From Lama glama (lineage: Eukaryota): a DNA stretch of 64,000 nucleotides. Each line of letters begins with the position of its first letter. Position 1 is the stretch's first letter. The notes below the pieces were generated by a model. That model saw only the letters and a list, made by a program, of their open reading frames with translations. It did not search any database and had not been told where the DNA came from. Location: NCBI GenBank assembly GCA_028534125.1, contig CM052816.1, positions 27,034,001 to 27,098,000 of the forward strand, given 5' to 3'. Below, in pieces: positions 1-13,749 of the stretch. The position numbers and the translations under genes were made by a program.

Positions 1-280
1 GGTTGGTACTGTCAACTGGGAGCTCAGTTCCTTTCCATGTGGCGTCTCCGTGGAGCTGCGTTGGCTTATCATAACATGTGGTTCACTTGTAAGAACTATT
101 ATTCCAAAGGACAGGAAATGGAACTGCTGTTTCTTAAGACTTGGGCCTGGAAATTGACACAATGCCACTTCCATCACATTAGTTGGTCAAAGTAGTCAGA
201 GTGCCCATTTAGATTCAAGGGGAAAGGGCACAGACCCCTAACTCTCAATGGCAGGAGTGTCAAAGAATGTGACCATTTTA
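1..280 (-). mobile_element. MaLR LTR fragment (old MLT1 family)
   Basis: Typical MLT1 motifs: 'cacttccatcacattagttggtcaaagtagtcagag...agattcaaggggaaagggcacagacccctaactctcaatggcaggagtgtcaaagaat'. Confidence 0.7.
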
Positions 281-284
281 TTTC

Positions 285-400
285 TCCGTATTCCTCACTG
301 GTAAAATAGGGATAATCTTTACTTATAGTATTGCCATGAGAATTAGAAATGAGGTGTGTAAGTTGCCGAATAACATTCCTACTACATGTATAACAATTAA
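285..400 (+). mobile_element. MIR SINE fragment
   Basis: MIR core-like 'ttcctcactggtaaaatagggataat...gagaattagaaatgag'. Confidence 0.55.
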
Positions 401-454
401 TGGAGGGAAAAACTCTCAATGTCTTTGAATATTTGAATATGTATGAATAGATAA

Positions 455-610
455 ATCCTGCGGTTAATATTTGTGGGGGTGTGAATTTATATAAAGATCG
501 CTTTGCAAAACTGATGAAAGTTACGGCCCTTCTCCCCAGAAAAACGTACTTATGTATACGCGACCATTTCAAGGGATTTGTAGACTAACTAAAGAGCCTT
601 AGTACTAAGA
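455..610 (+). mobile_element. hAT-Charlie MITE, MER103-like
   Basis: 'ctgatgaaagttacggcccttctccccagaaaaacgtac...atttcaagggatttgtagac' resembles the recalled MER103C consensus. Confidence 0.55.
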
Positions 611-1301
611 CATAGAGTAAGTGTAGATGAAAACATGGTGGGGCAGTTGTGCATGTGCTGTGGAGCAGAATTTTGGTTTATTTTCTTTTTAGATCTGGGG
701 CCAGATAGAGTTTTTTATATCTGTTTCCAAGACAGCCTGCTTTGCTTTTTTTGTTAAGTCAGAGATATCGGGAAAAGATGTTCCACTAAAAGTATTAAAT
801 GTGCTTTGTCTGTTGTTTAATTTTCTTTGCTCATATAAAGGAAATGCTATGAGATAGCAATCATCTTTAAGAAAGGAAGGGGCTGAGTATTTCCATTTTT
901 CTTGTCAAAGCTCTTAATCTTCCATTGTACTTATTTTTTTTGCAGTTCCACTCTGGCTTAATGTGTATATGAATAATTGTACTTTTATGCAATTAATTGT
1001 TCATTGTTTCAATAGCATTTTAAAATTTTAAATAAAAGCTTTATTTTTCCCTAGTGATCAAAGTCATAAGTACTCCTGAGAACTTAATACAGAGATAAAA
1101 TAGAAGAAGAAAAGTCTTTATAATGTGGAAGGATAACCACTACTAATGGTCTGGAAGATGTCATTCCAGACTTATTACCATGTTTATATACACATAAAAC
1201 AAAAACAGGATCAAGATTGTAGATATCATGCAGCTGTCTTCTTTCTTTCCTAAATACATTAGGCATGTATTTCTGTGCTAGTGCTTATTGATCTAGCTCA
1301 C

Positions 1302-2308
<1,007 letters not shown>

Positions 2309-3735
2309 GTTCTACCTCATTCTTTTTAGTGGGAGAATAATATTATGTTATGCAGATGTATCAGGATGTATTTTTACCAAAAAAATAAAACCTTTAATTA
2401 GAAGATTTGGTTGGGAGGGGGACTATAATAGATCACTGAACACATTGGTAAAGGAGATTATTTTATGTCTCTTCTTCCCTCTCCTCCTCCCCAGTTTATC
2501 CTCATACTAGTTTCACTGGAAGATTCCACCAGGAAGCTCACCTTGATGATTGTACCTTGTCATTCATTTGTTTTTAAACAGCCACAGTCTGTAGGGGCTT
2601 TCTGCTGAAGAAAGATCTCTGGGACTCCACAGACCTGGGATTGAATCTAAATCCCTCATTCAGTATGTAACTCCAGGCAATTTCCTTACTACCCTAGACT
2701 CTACTCATATGCAAAAGAAATAGGAAGATTAGATGGTCCCTGAGGCTCTTGGCCATCTCTGCTTGGGTTTTTTGAGGCTACCATATACTAAGCTTTATAC
2801 TAATTCCAATAGGTAGATGACAGAATCCCCATTTTTCACATAGAGAGAGTAGCATAAGATAGAAAGTAACAACCCAGAAGGCAATAAGGGAGCCTGGCAT
2901 TATTAGAATGGGACTGAGAAAGAGAGAAAAAAAATTGGAGATCCTGAGCTCTTAATAGATAAACTGAAAGCCTGGAATTCACGAGTACTTAACAATTTGT
3001 AGGCTAGTTTCACACATGTTCTCTCAGTTGTACTTCCTCAAATCCTGTGCATAGATAAAAAAATATAATTTTATTCTCATTTTAAATGTGATAAATCAGA
3101 GAAGTGAAGCAGCTTGTGCAAGACAGTGGAGAGAGGAAGTAGTCTTAGAATTAATTTATTGGTTAGCAAATCACAAAGCCAGTCTTTCTGACCTAATATT
3201 GTGATCATATTCATAATTCATATTGCATTATTTAAATTCACTGTGCTAATTCCCCAATTACTATAAAGAAAGGGACCCTGAAACTCAACTGAGAAGCATA
3301 TATTGGGAAAAAATATTTTTAGACATCAACATACAATATTTACATAGACTATTCCATTTTACATCCTTAAAATTCAGTTATAATTTTGTTTCATAACGAT
3401 TCTTTTTATTTACTATCTCTTTTCATCTTCAAATAATATTATATTTAGGATATTGGTAATAAGAGTACTCTTTAAAATGAGTAATGGACTCTCTTGAGCA
3501 GGCAAAGATTTGTCAAGGAAATAAAATGAAAGAAATATTAACCAACATAGGGAATATCTAGGTTTAGTTCAGACAGGCCCATAAGTCCATGAGGGGACCA
3601 TCTTGCTTCTTGGGTTTTTAAGGTAAGTACAAATCATATTACTTAAACAAACTCCCTACTCAAGGAGAATTTAATGTTTCTACTGCAGGAACTTTAATAG
3701 CTGCTTTTCATCCTAATTTCATTTCCATTGTTGCA

Positions 3736-3803
3736 TTTTAATTTGGGGGGGTGGATTAGGTTTTATCTATTTTAATGGAGGTACTGGGGATTGAACCCAG
3801 GAC
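3736..3803 (-). mobile_element. Vic-1-type camelid tRNA-derived SINE, 5'-truncated
   Basis: 'ggaggtactggggattgaacccaggac' is the antisense B-box region, shared with the copies at 21308 and 51824. The A-box half is missing. It appears to be inserted near the edge of the adjacent L1. Confidence 0.8.
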
Positions 3804-5262
3804 ATAAATTTTGGTATGTTATGTCTCCAATTTTGTTTCAAGATAGTTTTTGATTTCTCATTTGATTTTATCTTTGACTCATTTATTGCTCAGGAATGTG
3901 TTGTTTAATTTCCACGTTTGGAAATTTTCCAGTTTTCCTCCTCTTCTTGATTGTGGTCAGAAGAGATACCTGGTATGATTTCAGTCTTTTAAAATTTGCT
4001 AAGACTTGTTTTGTGATCTATTAACATGTGATCTGTTTTGGAGAATGTTCCATGTATGCTTGAGAAGAATGTGTATTCTGCTGCTATTTGGTGGAATGTT
4101 CTATATATGTCTGCTAAGTCTGTTTGGTCAGTTTGGTCTAAAGTGTATTTCAGGTCTAATGTTTCCTTATTGATGTTCTGTCTGGATGATCTATCCATTA
4201 TTGTGGAGAAGGGGAGAACTGAAGTTCCCTACTATTATTTTATTGCTGTCTTATTACCTCCCTCAGATCTGTTAGTACTTACTTAATATATTTAAGTGTT
4301 CTGATGCTGGATGCATATATATTTACAATGTTACATCCTTTCAATGAGTTGACCCCTTTATCATTATATAATGACCTCTGTGCCTCTTGTTACAGTTGTG
4401 TGATATAAGTATAGCTACATCTGCTTTCTTTTGCTTTCCCTATGTGTGGAATATCTTTTCCCATCCCTTCACTTCGACACAATGTATGTCGTTGGAGCTT
4501 AGTGAATCTCTTGTAGGCAGTATATTGTTGGGTCTTGGTTTTTTCCCCCATTCTGCCATTGTATGTCTTTTGGTTGGAGAATTTTACACATGTACATTTA
4601 AAGTAATTATTGATAGATACGTGATTTATTATGGCCATCTTGTTGATTTCTGGCTCTTTTGTAGTTCCTTAGCTCTTTTCTTCCTCCCTTTCTATCTTCC
4701 TTTGTGAATTTATGACTTTCTGTAGTGGTACACTGTTCCTTTCTCTTTATCCTGTGTGTATCTAGTGTAGGTTTTTGTTTTGTGGTTAACATGAGGCTTA
4801 CTTACAACATCTTGTAGATATAAGTTTATTTTGAGCTGATAACAATGTAACTGTGACCACTTACAAAAATTCTGTACTTTTACTAACCCCTCGCTATTTT
4901 ATGTTGTTTGGTGTTATGTTTTTATATTGTGCATCTGTTAACAAATTATTATGGCTATTTTTAAAACTTTTTAAATTTAACCTTTATACTAAAGTGGTTA
5001 ACACATCACAATATTACAATATTAACAGTATTTTGAATCTGACTATATGCTTACCTTTCCCAGTAAGTTGTATATTTTCATGTTACTAATTAACATTATT
5101 TCATTTCAGCTTGAAGAACTCCTTTCAGCATTTCTTGTAAGGTAGGTTTAATGGTGATGAACTCCCTCAGCTTTTGTTTGTTTGGGAAAATCGTTATCTT
5201 GCCTTCATTTCTGGAGGAAAATTTTGCTAGGTAAAGTGTTCTTGGTTGGCAGTTTCTTTCAC
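3804..5262 (-). mobile_element. Old L1 internal fragment: ORF1 end, inter-ORF region and ORF2 endonuclease (decayed)
   Basis: ORF 3989-4198(-) MDRSSRQNINKET...DIYRTFH...AEYTFFSS.HGTFSKTDHML..HKTSLSKF is the L1 APE endonuclease. ORFs 4390-4638 and 4607-4792 are also L1-like. Multiple frameshifts. Confidence 0.93.
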
Positions 5263-5269
5263 AAACATC

Positions 5270-6320
5270 TGTGGGGGCTCTGGCTTTCGGTGTGCAGTCC
5301 TATGATTAAGAAAGTTGGGGATCACATTCTAATTTCCTCTTACAGCTGCTCTTTAGAGCTACCTCTTGTTATTGTTTTGGCATTTGGTACAGAAGAGTTG
5401 GCTTTTCCAACCTTTTGAGGGCCCTTTTACCATACTCTACTCAATTTAGATTTCAGATGACACAGAGAAAACCTGTTTTAACAAAACTGATACCTTCTCT
5501 CTTAAGGGAAACTATCTGTGACTTCATCTCTTTTGTAAAACTTTGCTTAAGGTGTCAAGAAGCAACCAATAATCAGAAAGACTGTGAGTTTTTCTAACTA
5601 ATTCTCTTAAGACTCATAGGCTCTAACAGTTTGTGACTTATCTCCCAAAGTATGGCAGGTCACTGTTTAACCAAGTACTTATCCCAGCAAAATAAGAGCC
5701 ACCAGCTTTCCACCCTGGATTATCTGAGTTTTTGCTCATTTATGCCCAGCTGACAAGGTAATATCCAATGCATCTTTTGTTATAGCAGTTCCACTTTCAG
5801 ACACTAAATCTATATTAGTTAGATATAGGTTTAACTGCTGTAACAAAGATCACCAAATACCAATGACTTAAGAAAGACAGAAGTTTATTTCTTTCTCATG
5901 TTGCAGCCTGTGGAAGCTGATCATACCTAATATGGCATCTCTGTGATGTTAAGGCCCAGGTACCTTCTACTGTGTTGCCTATAATATGTGACTTAACATG
6001 TGACTTTCATGTTTTTGCCCAAGATGATGGTTTCTCTAGTTCTTGCTGGAATGTCCAAGACATTGGGAAGAAGGAGAAGAGGAAGTAGAGAGCATGATCT
6101 ATTTCTTTTTGAATATAACCAGGGAGTTGTAAATGTGGCTTCTACTTGTAACCCATTGGGCAGAACTTAGTCACACTGTCACACCTAGCTTTAAAGGAGC
6201 TTGGAAAGTATAGCTTTTCTCTGGTTGGCTGTATGCCCAGTTAACATACTGGGGCTCCACCAATTAAGAAAGAAGAGGAGAATGAATGTTGGAAAGTGCT
6301 AGCTATTTTTGCCACATTAC
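5270..6320 (-). mobile_element. MaLR (MLT1) LTR (~5811-6320) with adjoining internal-region remnant (~5270-5810)
   Basis: Internal/LTR junction 'gttatagcagttccactttcagacactaaatc|tatattagttag'. LTR motif 'cccattgggcagaacttagtcacactgtcacacctagct'. Confidence 0.7.
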
Positions 6321-6740
6321 TTAAATCTAAATCATATTTTTAAAAAAACCTGATGTCTGTAACCCTACAGTAATGAGTTATGTTGGCTCCTCAGTTTTCT
6401 TCACCAGCTCTGAAATATTTAATCCCCCAAAATACTGAGACTAGAGATTTAGCTAGCCTTTTGGAACTCTCTGAATGTTGAAAATAATCCCTTAAGAAGA
6501 GGGCTTTTGTTACTCTCCACCAAGAATCACATAATTCAATATTTTGTTGAAATGGTAGACGGAATCCACTGGTCTCCAAGGAAACCTTATTTTTTGATGT
6601 ATGAGGAACTATAATAATATGGAGGCCAGAAGTTAGCTGGGAGAAATTACAACCAAGTTTGCTTCAGCCAAAGTTTAAAATGGTCCTGTAAGACTTAAAA
6701 AATTTTTTTTTCAAATAACCTACTTTCTGGCAAGGATCTT

Positions 6741-7262
6741 GGTATTAGTCAGGGTTCTCCAGAGAAACAGAACCAATATTTTATATATGCATACATATAT
6801 AATATATTTAAATATGTATTATATATATATGTGTATATGTATGTATGTATATATATGTATATATATATATATATATATAAAGAATTGGCTCATATAATTA
6901 TGGAAGTGGAGAAGTCTGCCATCTGTGAATTGGAGAACCAGGAAAGCCATGATGTAATTCTGCCCCAAGTCTGAAGACCTAAGAATCAGGAGCACTTATG
7001 TCCAAGAGCAGGAGAAGATGTATGTCCCAGCTTAAGCAAAGGAAGCAAATTCAACCTTTCTCTGCCTTTTTATTTGAGCCCTCGGTGGATAAGAGGATGC
7101 CTAGCCACATTGCTGAGAGTGATCTTCTTTATTTACTTTATTGATTCATATATTAATCTCTTTCAGAAACACCCTTACAGACACACCCAGAAAGAAAGTT
7201 TTTTCAACTATTTGGTCATCCTTTAGCCCAGTCAAGTTGACACATAAAATTAATCATTACAA
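6741..7262 (-). mobile_element. MLT2 (ERVL) solo LTR with internal (TA)n/(TATG)n microsatellite
   Basis: Termini 'tattagtcagggttctccagagaaacagaaccaata' and 'gtcaagttgacacataaaattaatcattaca'. Confidence 0.9.
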
Positions 7263-7364
7263 TTTAGAAGTATTACAGTCAGAAAGAATCTTAAAAATAA
7301 GAAAGCTCAGGACTGACTCTAGAGTTAGAAATACTCTGTTTTACTCTCTCCTTTTCTGTACAGA

Positions 7365-8390
7365 GAATGGTTATTCAGAGAAGTGGCTGATTCCAGGGCT
7401 GGAGAAACACAAGATCAGCCTGAAATACCTTATAGTGCCAGAAAGTAAGGAAGTGCTCAAAAAGTGATGTGGAGTCATATCAGACAGCCACTGGGACTAA
7501 CTGGAAGAAGTAACCTAATAGACAAATCTGAAACAGTTTATTTAGCAAAGAATTTTAAAGTAATCACAATCCATAAGATAAAATAAAAATTCATGAGTCC
7601 ATATTAATATAAATAATCAAATAAAGTTCTTCCCTATAGTATAATTCTAATTAATACATGTAGAAGCAATGAGGGAAATAAGAGAATCACCATTTGATAA
7701 ACACCTCAGTAATAGCTATTTTGAGCAAGAATTATTATTGGAAGCTAAAATTAGTGGCTTAAAGTTTGATGAGAACAGGTTATTTACAGAGTCTCGAAAG
7801 TATCTCTCCATGAAATACTGATTAGTTACAGTAGGGAATTAATACAGTGGGGGGGGGGGACTTGGTAGACCTGAACTTAACAAAAAGATCAAAGTGAACA
7901 CCATCAGTAACGAGCCATATGCCATTATGTTCCTTCTAATAATGTGCACTGAGAAGGTTACAGCATAACTTTCGTGCTACTCTTGCCAAAAACTGCATAG
8001 CCTCAATTTTGTCATAAGGAAACATCAGACAAAACAAAATTAAGAGACATGCTACAAATAACTAGCCAATACTCTTCTAAAAGGTCATGGTCAAGAAAGA
8101 TGAAGACTAGATTAGAGGAGATAAAGGCCATATGACAACTAAATGCAATATGATATACTGGATTGGACCTAGAAAAAAGTATTGGTGGGACTACTGGTGA
8201 AATTTGAGTAAGTACCATAGATGAGTTAATTGTATATTATCAATGTTAATTTCCTGGTTTTGATAATTATATTATGGTTATGTAAGATATTAACATTTGG
8301 GGAAGCTGGGTGTGGGGTCTATATAGTCTTTTTGCAACTTTTGTTCCCAAGTCTTAAATTATTTCAAAATAAACATTTTTAAAAAGGAAG
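7365..8390 (+). mobile_element. L1MC/MD-type 3' end
   Basis: 'gagaagtggctgattccagggctggag...gtgccagaaagtaaggaagtgctcaaaa' and terminal 'ttgcaactttt...aaattatttcaaaataaa'. Confidence 0.85.
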
Positions 8391-8832
8391 AAAATGGTGT
8401 TAAGGCTTAGGAGATGATTACAGGGATTGCCTAGGTTCTTTCTCCCCTCAGAGGTAATTGAGTTGAATGTTGAAAGCATTCTGATGTGTATACTTTTTAA
8501 GCAAACTTATATATCACAAACTTCTTGTTAACCCTTTTTGGGATCTTTATTTTTCTTGAGTCTGTATTATAGGTTAGCAACCAGAACTCTATGTGGTATT
8601 CCATATATGGCAATACTGAGATGAGATAATGTTTTGTATCCAATATCCTTTCCTGACAAGGCTGGGGTTTTATTTAACTTTTGGCTGCAACACCATATTG
8701 GGTCTTCACTCCTAGAGGTCTGATCAAACCTCCAGATCACTACAGAATAGAGCTATAACTTTTTTTTAGAGAGGGCTTTGATTATTTGTTTCTCCCCTCC
8801 CCATCCCCAATGGATTATCCTAATTAACATGA

Positions 8833-8908
8833 TTCCTTCCTTCCTTCCCTCCTTCCCTCCCTCCCTCCCTTGCTCCCTCCCTCACTCTCTTTTTTTTTCT
8901 TTTTTCTT
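8833..8908. repeat. (TTCC)n/(CCCT)n pyrimidine-rich simple repeat
   Basis: Read directly from the sequence. Confidence 0.85.
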
Positions 8909-9599
8909 ACTGTTCTGATCATTACCAGAATCTTTTGATTCCTCTGCAGTGCAGGAAATGCTTGAATCTGCCATGGCAAGACAATGCTGAGGTGGCTACA
9001 TTGGGTGTTTATTTGCATAGAGGTTGAAGAACTTCTTGGGAAAGAACTCATGTGATTCAGACAGATCTGAGACATTACAATGGAGACTGTAAACTGTAAA
9101 ATTGCGTGGAGATTCTCTCAGGAGAAACTACCTAAAGATGAAGGCTCCAGGCATGTGAGTATGAGCCAGGGAACAGATTTTAGTGGGGACAGGGTCTGGT
9201 GGTGGTAGAGGGTGGAGTGGAGAGCAAATTTGATACCATATGATGGTGGTTGTTAGGATTTGTCTTCCATCAAAGCTCAATGCAGAGTATTTTGGTAACA
9301 TGATTAAGATCTGGCTACTGAATGATGTCATGCATACCTTAACACCATAGCAGTGGAGTCCTTGAAACAACATAACACAAAAGTGAGGGAGCTGTCCTTC
9401 TGTAGTTCAGAAGCTGAGAGCTAGAGGGTCCCAGCGGAGAATCACAGGATGTGGCCCAGGAATAAAGAAGATCATGACAGCAAAGAGAATACTGTACACA
9501 GGAGGTCAAATTTAAGAGACCTTTTCTCCATGGTACTTATCCTTTCAGCAGCTAGTACCATCTTCAGAGATGGCTCCCAGTAACAAAATAATGCTTCTT

Positions 9600-10940
9600 T
9601 TCCTTCAGTAGAATTGCTAAAATTAAATACCTGAATATTGGATTTAATCAGACTGGCAGTCAATTTGTCCCTAATTTTTGGTATGATGTCAGTTATGAAA
9701 CTTTTGTATAGTGACATGAAGCCATCAAAGCATTAGTGTAATTTTCAAGGAAAGCAGTGACTTCACTGGTAACCAACAGAATTTTTCAAGAACAAGTTCA
9801 AAATAATGCTTTCTAGGACAAAATTGCTAGAGTTTTAAGAAGAGGACAGACATAGAAAGGCTTTACTCAAAATTTCAACCTTTATAGAAAAAGGCAATAT
9901 AAATTACACTGTTAAGAAAATTATAAAGGCAGCTATGAAAGTGAAGACAATTATTATGATGATAAGTAAAGCAAAAAGAAAAATTGACAGAATTCCTTGT
10001 CAAATGATGAGGCTGGATATAGTGTAATATCAGTAGCATACGTTACAGAAGAACAGTTGCTGTTAAGAACGAGCAAGTACTTTATAATTGGGTGAGATTT
10101 CCTTCCATATACGTGAAGGACACAAATAAAGGGAAAGGTGTTTGAGGTCTGCTAGCTTTGTTTACGCTAAAAAATAAAGCTTCAGATAAAAGTTTTTTTT
10201 TTTTTTCCCCCCGCAGAGACAACAATGACTGTAAGAGCATCATGGAGAATGGAAAAGATTTACTGGTCTAGTACTGACAGAACTTTATATACAGCAGGGA
10301 AGGGCATCACAAAATAAATTAAAGAAGCCACAATGAATACCAATCCACACACTGTTTTTGTCGCTGAACATAGTTGGTAGTTGATTTCATGTTGGGGAAA
10401 ATTGTGAAAAATTCTGAATATTACTAAATTGTGGCTTCTAAGATTATGTACTTCCAGAAGTGTACAGAGAAGTGGGTAGCAATTAAAAGGCTGATCGCTT
10501 TTCAGGGAAAGATGCTTACATGCTTTTTAAATGAGAGAAGATATGACACTTTTTTTTCATGTAGGTGAAGTAAAGACTATTTCTGTGGTTTTAAATGGCT
10601 TCCTTAAGTGATACATCTCAGCAATATTTCAGTATCTTGACTAGCCTAAATTGATCACTTTAAGGTTGAAATATCATTTTTTCTTTTAATTCTTATTTTT
10701 TATGAAGTGTAGTCAATTTACAGTGTTAGTGAAATGCCATAATTTTTGATGCTGATGATAACATATTAAGGTTTTTCTCCAACCAAATCAAAGCTAAACT
10801 GCAAATGGCTTGATTGCCTAGAGTTTTACTCTTGCCCAGGAACTGATGATTTTCTTCACTCATCAGAGACAGAAATCAACGACATATTCTCAGACATATT
10901 TGAAAACCACATCCAACAGCTGTGACAGAACACGAAAAGG
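9600..10940 (+). mobile_element. Charlie/Buster-type hAT transposase fossil (pseudogenised)
   Basis: Colinear decayed motifs across frameshifts: YLNIGF (9628), MKPSK (9716), IDRIP/LSND (~9985), EEQLL.R.SKYF (~10050), EWKR..G..TD (~10246), THCF (~10347), SILTSLN*SL*G (~10631). The order matches Charlie/ZBED5-like transposases. Confidence 0.75.
10678..10730 (-). mobile_element. Extremely 5'-truncated L1 tail
   Basis: T-rich tract plus 'tgaagtgtagtcaatttacagtgttagt' (L1 terminus). Imperfect TSD gaaatatcat (10668-10677) / gaaatgccat (10731-10740). Confidence 0.7.
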
Positions 10941-10959
10941 GTGGGTTACTAGAAGTAAG

Positions 10960-11470
10960 CTATGGCAGATGTGGTTAATTCCCCACTTAGCAGTTATTTT
11001 TCCCTTTCTACTCATTTAAGGAGCCATCATTTTGTCTATGGCAGCCCCAGAGGATGAACAGCAACTGTTCTAGGTGGGATCGTGCACACACACACAGGTT
11101 GTGTACAATACAACCAATGTGATCATTTTCCCTTGCCCTGGGTCAAAGATAACTGTAACAATTCTATTCCCCTTTGCTTGCAGAACAGGTGGCCATACAA
11201 CATTGTTCTGGTAATGAGACAGAAGGTAAGGTGTTTGGGGGCCTCTGGGAACACCTAAGGATGAAACATCAACATACTAAGAATAACAGAAGAAGTATCC
11301 CAACAAACTAAGGATGACATAAAATCTGCATCCTTGATGACATCACTGAGCCACTGAACCAAGTTCAGAGTGATCTATGGACTTTTTGTTATATGAGAAA
11401 AATAAATGTCAATTTGTTTTAGTAGTGTTATTGAGTATTTATTACTTCCAGCAAAGAACTTTTTTAACAG
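10960..11470 (+). mobile_element. MaLR MLT1 LTR
   Basis: 'ccttgatgacatcactgagccactgaacc...ggactttttgttatatgagaaaaataaa...tttattacttccagcaaagaac'. Confidence 0.75.
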
Positions 11471-11700
11471 ACAAATCCATATACCCATTCTTTACGGAAG
11501 AATTACTTATCCATCTGTCTAAATAAAGCTGCTATTAAATTTTGATGTTTTTACTCCAAGATTTTCCTGTATATAGACATGGTATATAAAACTTGGCTCA
11601 TCTGATATTGACACACAGTGCAGTGTCTGGGGAGTTGAAACAAACAGGAAGTCTGACACTGTCGTGAAATGCAGACAGCATGTCAATAGGAGGTAGTGTT

Positions 11701-12446
11701 TGTTATAAGGTAAGAATCATATTTAAATGATCTTTCTTATTATTAAAAGTAAGGTAAGATGTTAACATTGCTCTGCCTAAAGTCTATAAAGAGACATTTT
11801 TTTTTCCTCTCTCAGTAAGTCTCTTTATCCTAATAACTTCAGAGGAAGTGCACTACTTTGCCTAAGGACTCCAGAGGCTTTCTGAGGGAAGCAGCATCAA
11901 GACCCCAATCTTTTTTTGGCCTGAGAGTTAAGTTAGGGAAATCTACTGGGATGAACTGAGGTGATCTGGACCAAGGCCCAGTTGTAAGAAAAAGTAACAA
12001 ACCCACTGGAATAAAACAACTGTGTGTTTAAAATGGATGGATACAATGACTGGGTCCAGAACTAAGCTGGGAGGAAGACAAAGGGAGATGTTGACAGACC
12101 CTAGAACGTGGCTCACCCAGTTTTCTTGGGAGTTGACATGTACCAGGTATTGCAGCTGTGTAACTGAATGAAAATCTCTGTATTTTGAGAATCCTGCCCA
12201 AGCAAATGTGGAGCTAATTTTCCTGGAAACACTGATGGGTTGGCTTTTCTCAAGAGCAATTAGAGCAGAGGTAGGAATCTGCATCTGGACAAAGGGTAAC
12301 AGTGGGGGCACCAGCCGTATCAAATCGGGCAAGTCCCTTTGAGAGAGTGCTTTTCACCACAGCAAAATGCCTCCCCAGTGGAGAAAACTACCTGCTGTAT
12401 ACCAGAGGTTTCTCATGTGCATGCCTAACAGGGCAGGCAGGTAACA
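11701..12446 (+). mobile_element. Possible ancient solo LTR (Gypsy/ERVL-like), unassigned
   Basis: Starts tgttat and ends gtaaca, ~750 bp, with an internal AATAAA at ~12010. No TSD detected. Confidence 0.3.
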
Positions 12447-12469
12447 TAAATGAGTCGGCTTAATGGAAT

Positions 12470-12610
12470 CATCCACTGACTGATTAAGTCAACTCCTATT
12501 TGTCAGGCTCTGGTCTAAGCACTTGGAATCCATCAGTGGAAAAACCAACCCAACCCCACTCAAGAAAACAAAATAAAACAATTCATGTCCGTAGGGAGCT
12601 TAAATTCTAC
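12470..12610 (-). mobile_element. L2 3' fragment
   Basis: 'tcaactcctatttgtcaggctctggtctaagcacttgga...gggagcttaaattct'. Confidence 0.55.
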
Positions 12611-12889
12611 AAAGGATCATTTATATATAGCTGGGTTGTATGAAGATAACTGTTAATAAGCAACCTCAGTGTTGGCAATAAAATAGAAAGTGGTGGGGTC
12701 CGTGTCAAACAGGATTGCAAATGCCTTGCCTGAAGAAGGCAACCATGGTCAGCTCACGTGTTAGCTGCAGGTAGGAAGACAGGCCCAGTGTCACAGACCT
12801 ACTGGTTTTTAAGGAGAAGTTACAGATCCATGTTTTAGTGTTTAATTCCTTGATTTTTAAATGTAGGCATGAATTCCAATGTAAAACAC

Positions 12890-13000
12890 AGTGGTAACGA
12901 TATGTCATTGGGGGAAGCTGAGTGATGGGTACATATAATTCTCTATACTATGTTTGCAACTTCTTGTGACCTAAATTAGTTCTAAATAAAAAAGGTAAAG
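12890..13000 (+). mobile_element. L1MC/ME 3' terminal fragment
   Basis: 'attgggggaagctgagtgatgggtacat...tttgcaacttcttgtga...aaataaaa'. Confidence 0.7.
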
Positions 13001-13114
13001 GAAAATATTGTAGGTACTAAAATATATGGTCTGGATGTGGCTCATAAGCTGTCAGTTATAACTTTTGCTCTAAAAATTGATTCTTTGCTAAAGGAAATTT
13101 TTAAGAGCTGTAAT

Positions 13115-13370
13115 ATTCATTCGTTTATTCTTTATCTGTCTATTCATTCCAAACGACTTATTGATTATCTATTATGTGTGTTCTAGGTGGTGGGGCTGCA
13201 TCAGAGAACGAGATCCTGAAACATAGTCAGTGAGTCAATTATATAGAATTTTAAAAAGTGATAAATGCTATGGAGAAAATGAAGGGTGTGTAAAGGGAGG
13301 GTGGGGAGTGCTGGATAGACAAGAGGATGGCAATTCTAAATAGATGAGTTACTTGAATAAGAAGGTAATC
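13115..13370 (-). mobile_element. L2 fragment
   Basis: 'attcattccaaacgacttattgattatctattatgtg...gtgataaatgctatggagaaaa'. Confidence 0.65.
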
Positions 13371-13749
13371 CAGCTTTGTTTGGCACTGCCCTGATAGAAC
13401 ACCACACTGGAATGAAGGAGGTGGTGTTGTCTTGCTCTGAAGAGAAGACTGTGCCAGGGACCAGTGATGAGTGGAATTTAGTCTGGATCCCCTAGTGGTA
13501 GATTAAGCCCATTCCCCAGCCTGGCAGTTCAGTGACTCAACCAGAAATCATTATTGCTGAAGGTGTGGCCAGTGGTCTCCCAACATAGATGGGGAAGGCT
13601 GTCTAGAATTTTAGCGAGATGAATGGTAAGCAGTTAGGTGGCTGTCATTTCTGTCACCTTCTCTGAGACTCAAGGACTTGTAGGTAGCTTGCTTACAGCT
13701 CCTTGGAACACTAAGAGTTATAAAGAGAAAATTACTGGGAGTTATATTG

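Noticed and set aside
174..572. 132-aa ORF on the minus strand
   Set aside because: It spans MLT1, MIR and MER103-like repeats and has no recognisable domain.
3989..4792. ORFs with endonuclease-like peptide
   Set aside because: Frameshifted L1 ORF2 remnants, not a host gene.
7849..7859. Poly-G run
   Set aside because: A single homopolymer inside an L1 3'UTR with no multi-tract G-quadruplex pattern.
11943..12332. 129-aa ORF on the minus strand
   Set aside because: No recognisable homology or exon structure, and it lies within a probable old LTR.
13487..13502. CTCF-like 'ccactaggggatc' on the minus strand
   Set aside because: It lacks the conserved GGC end of the core, so the match is too weak.
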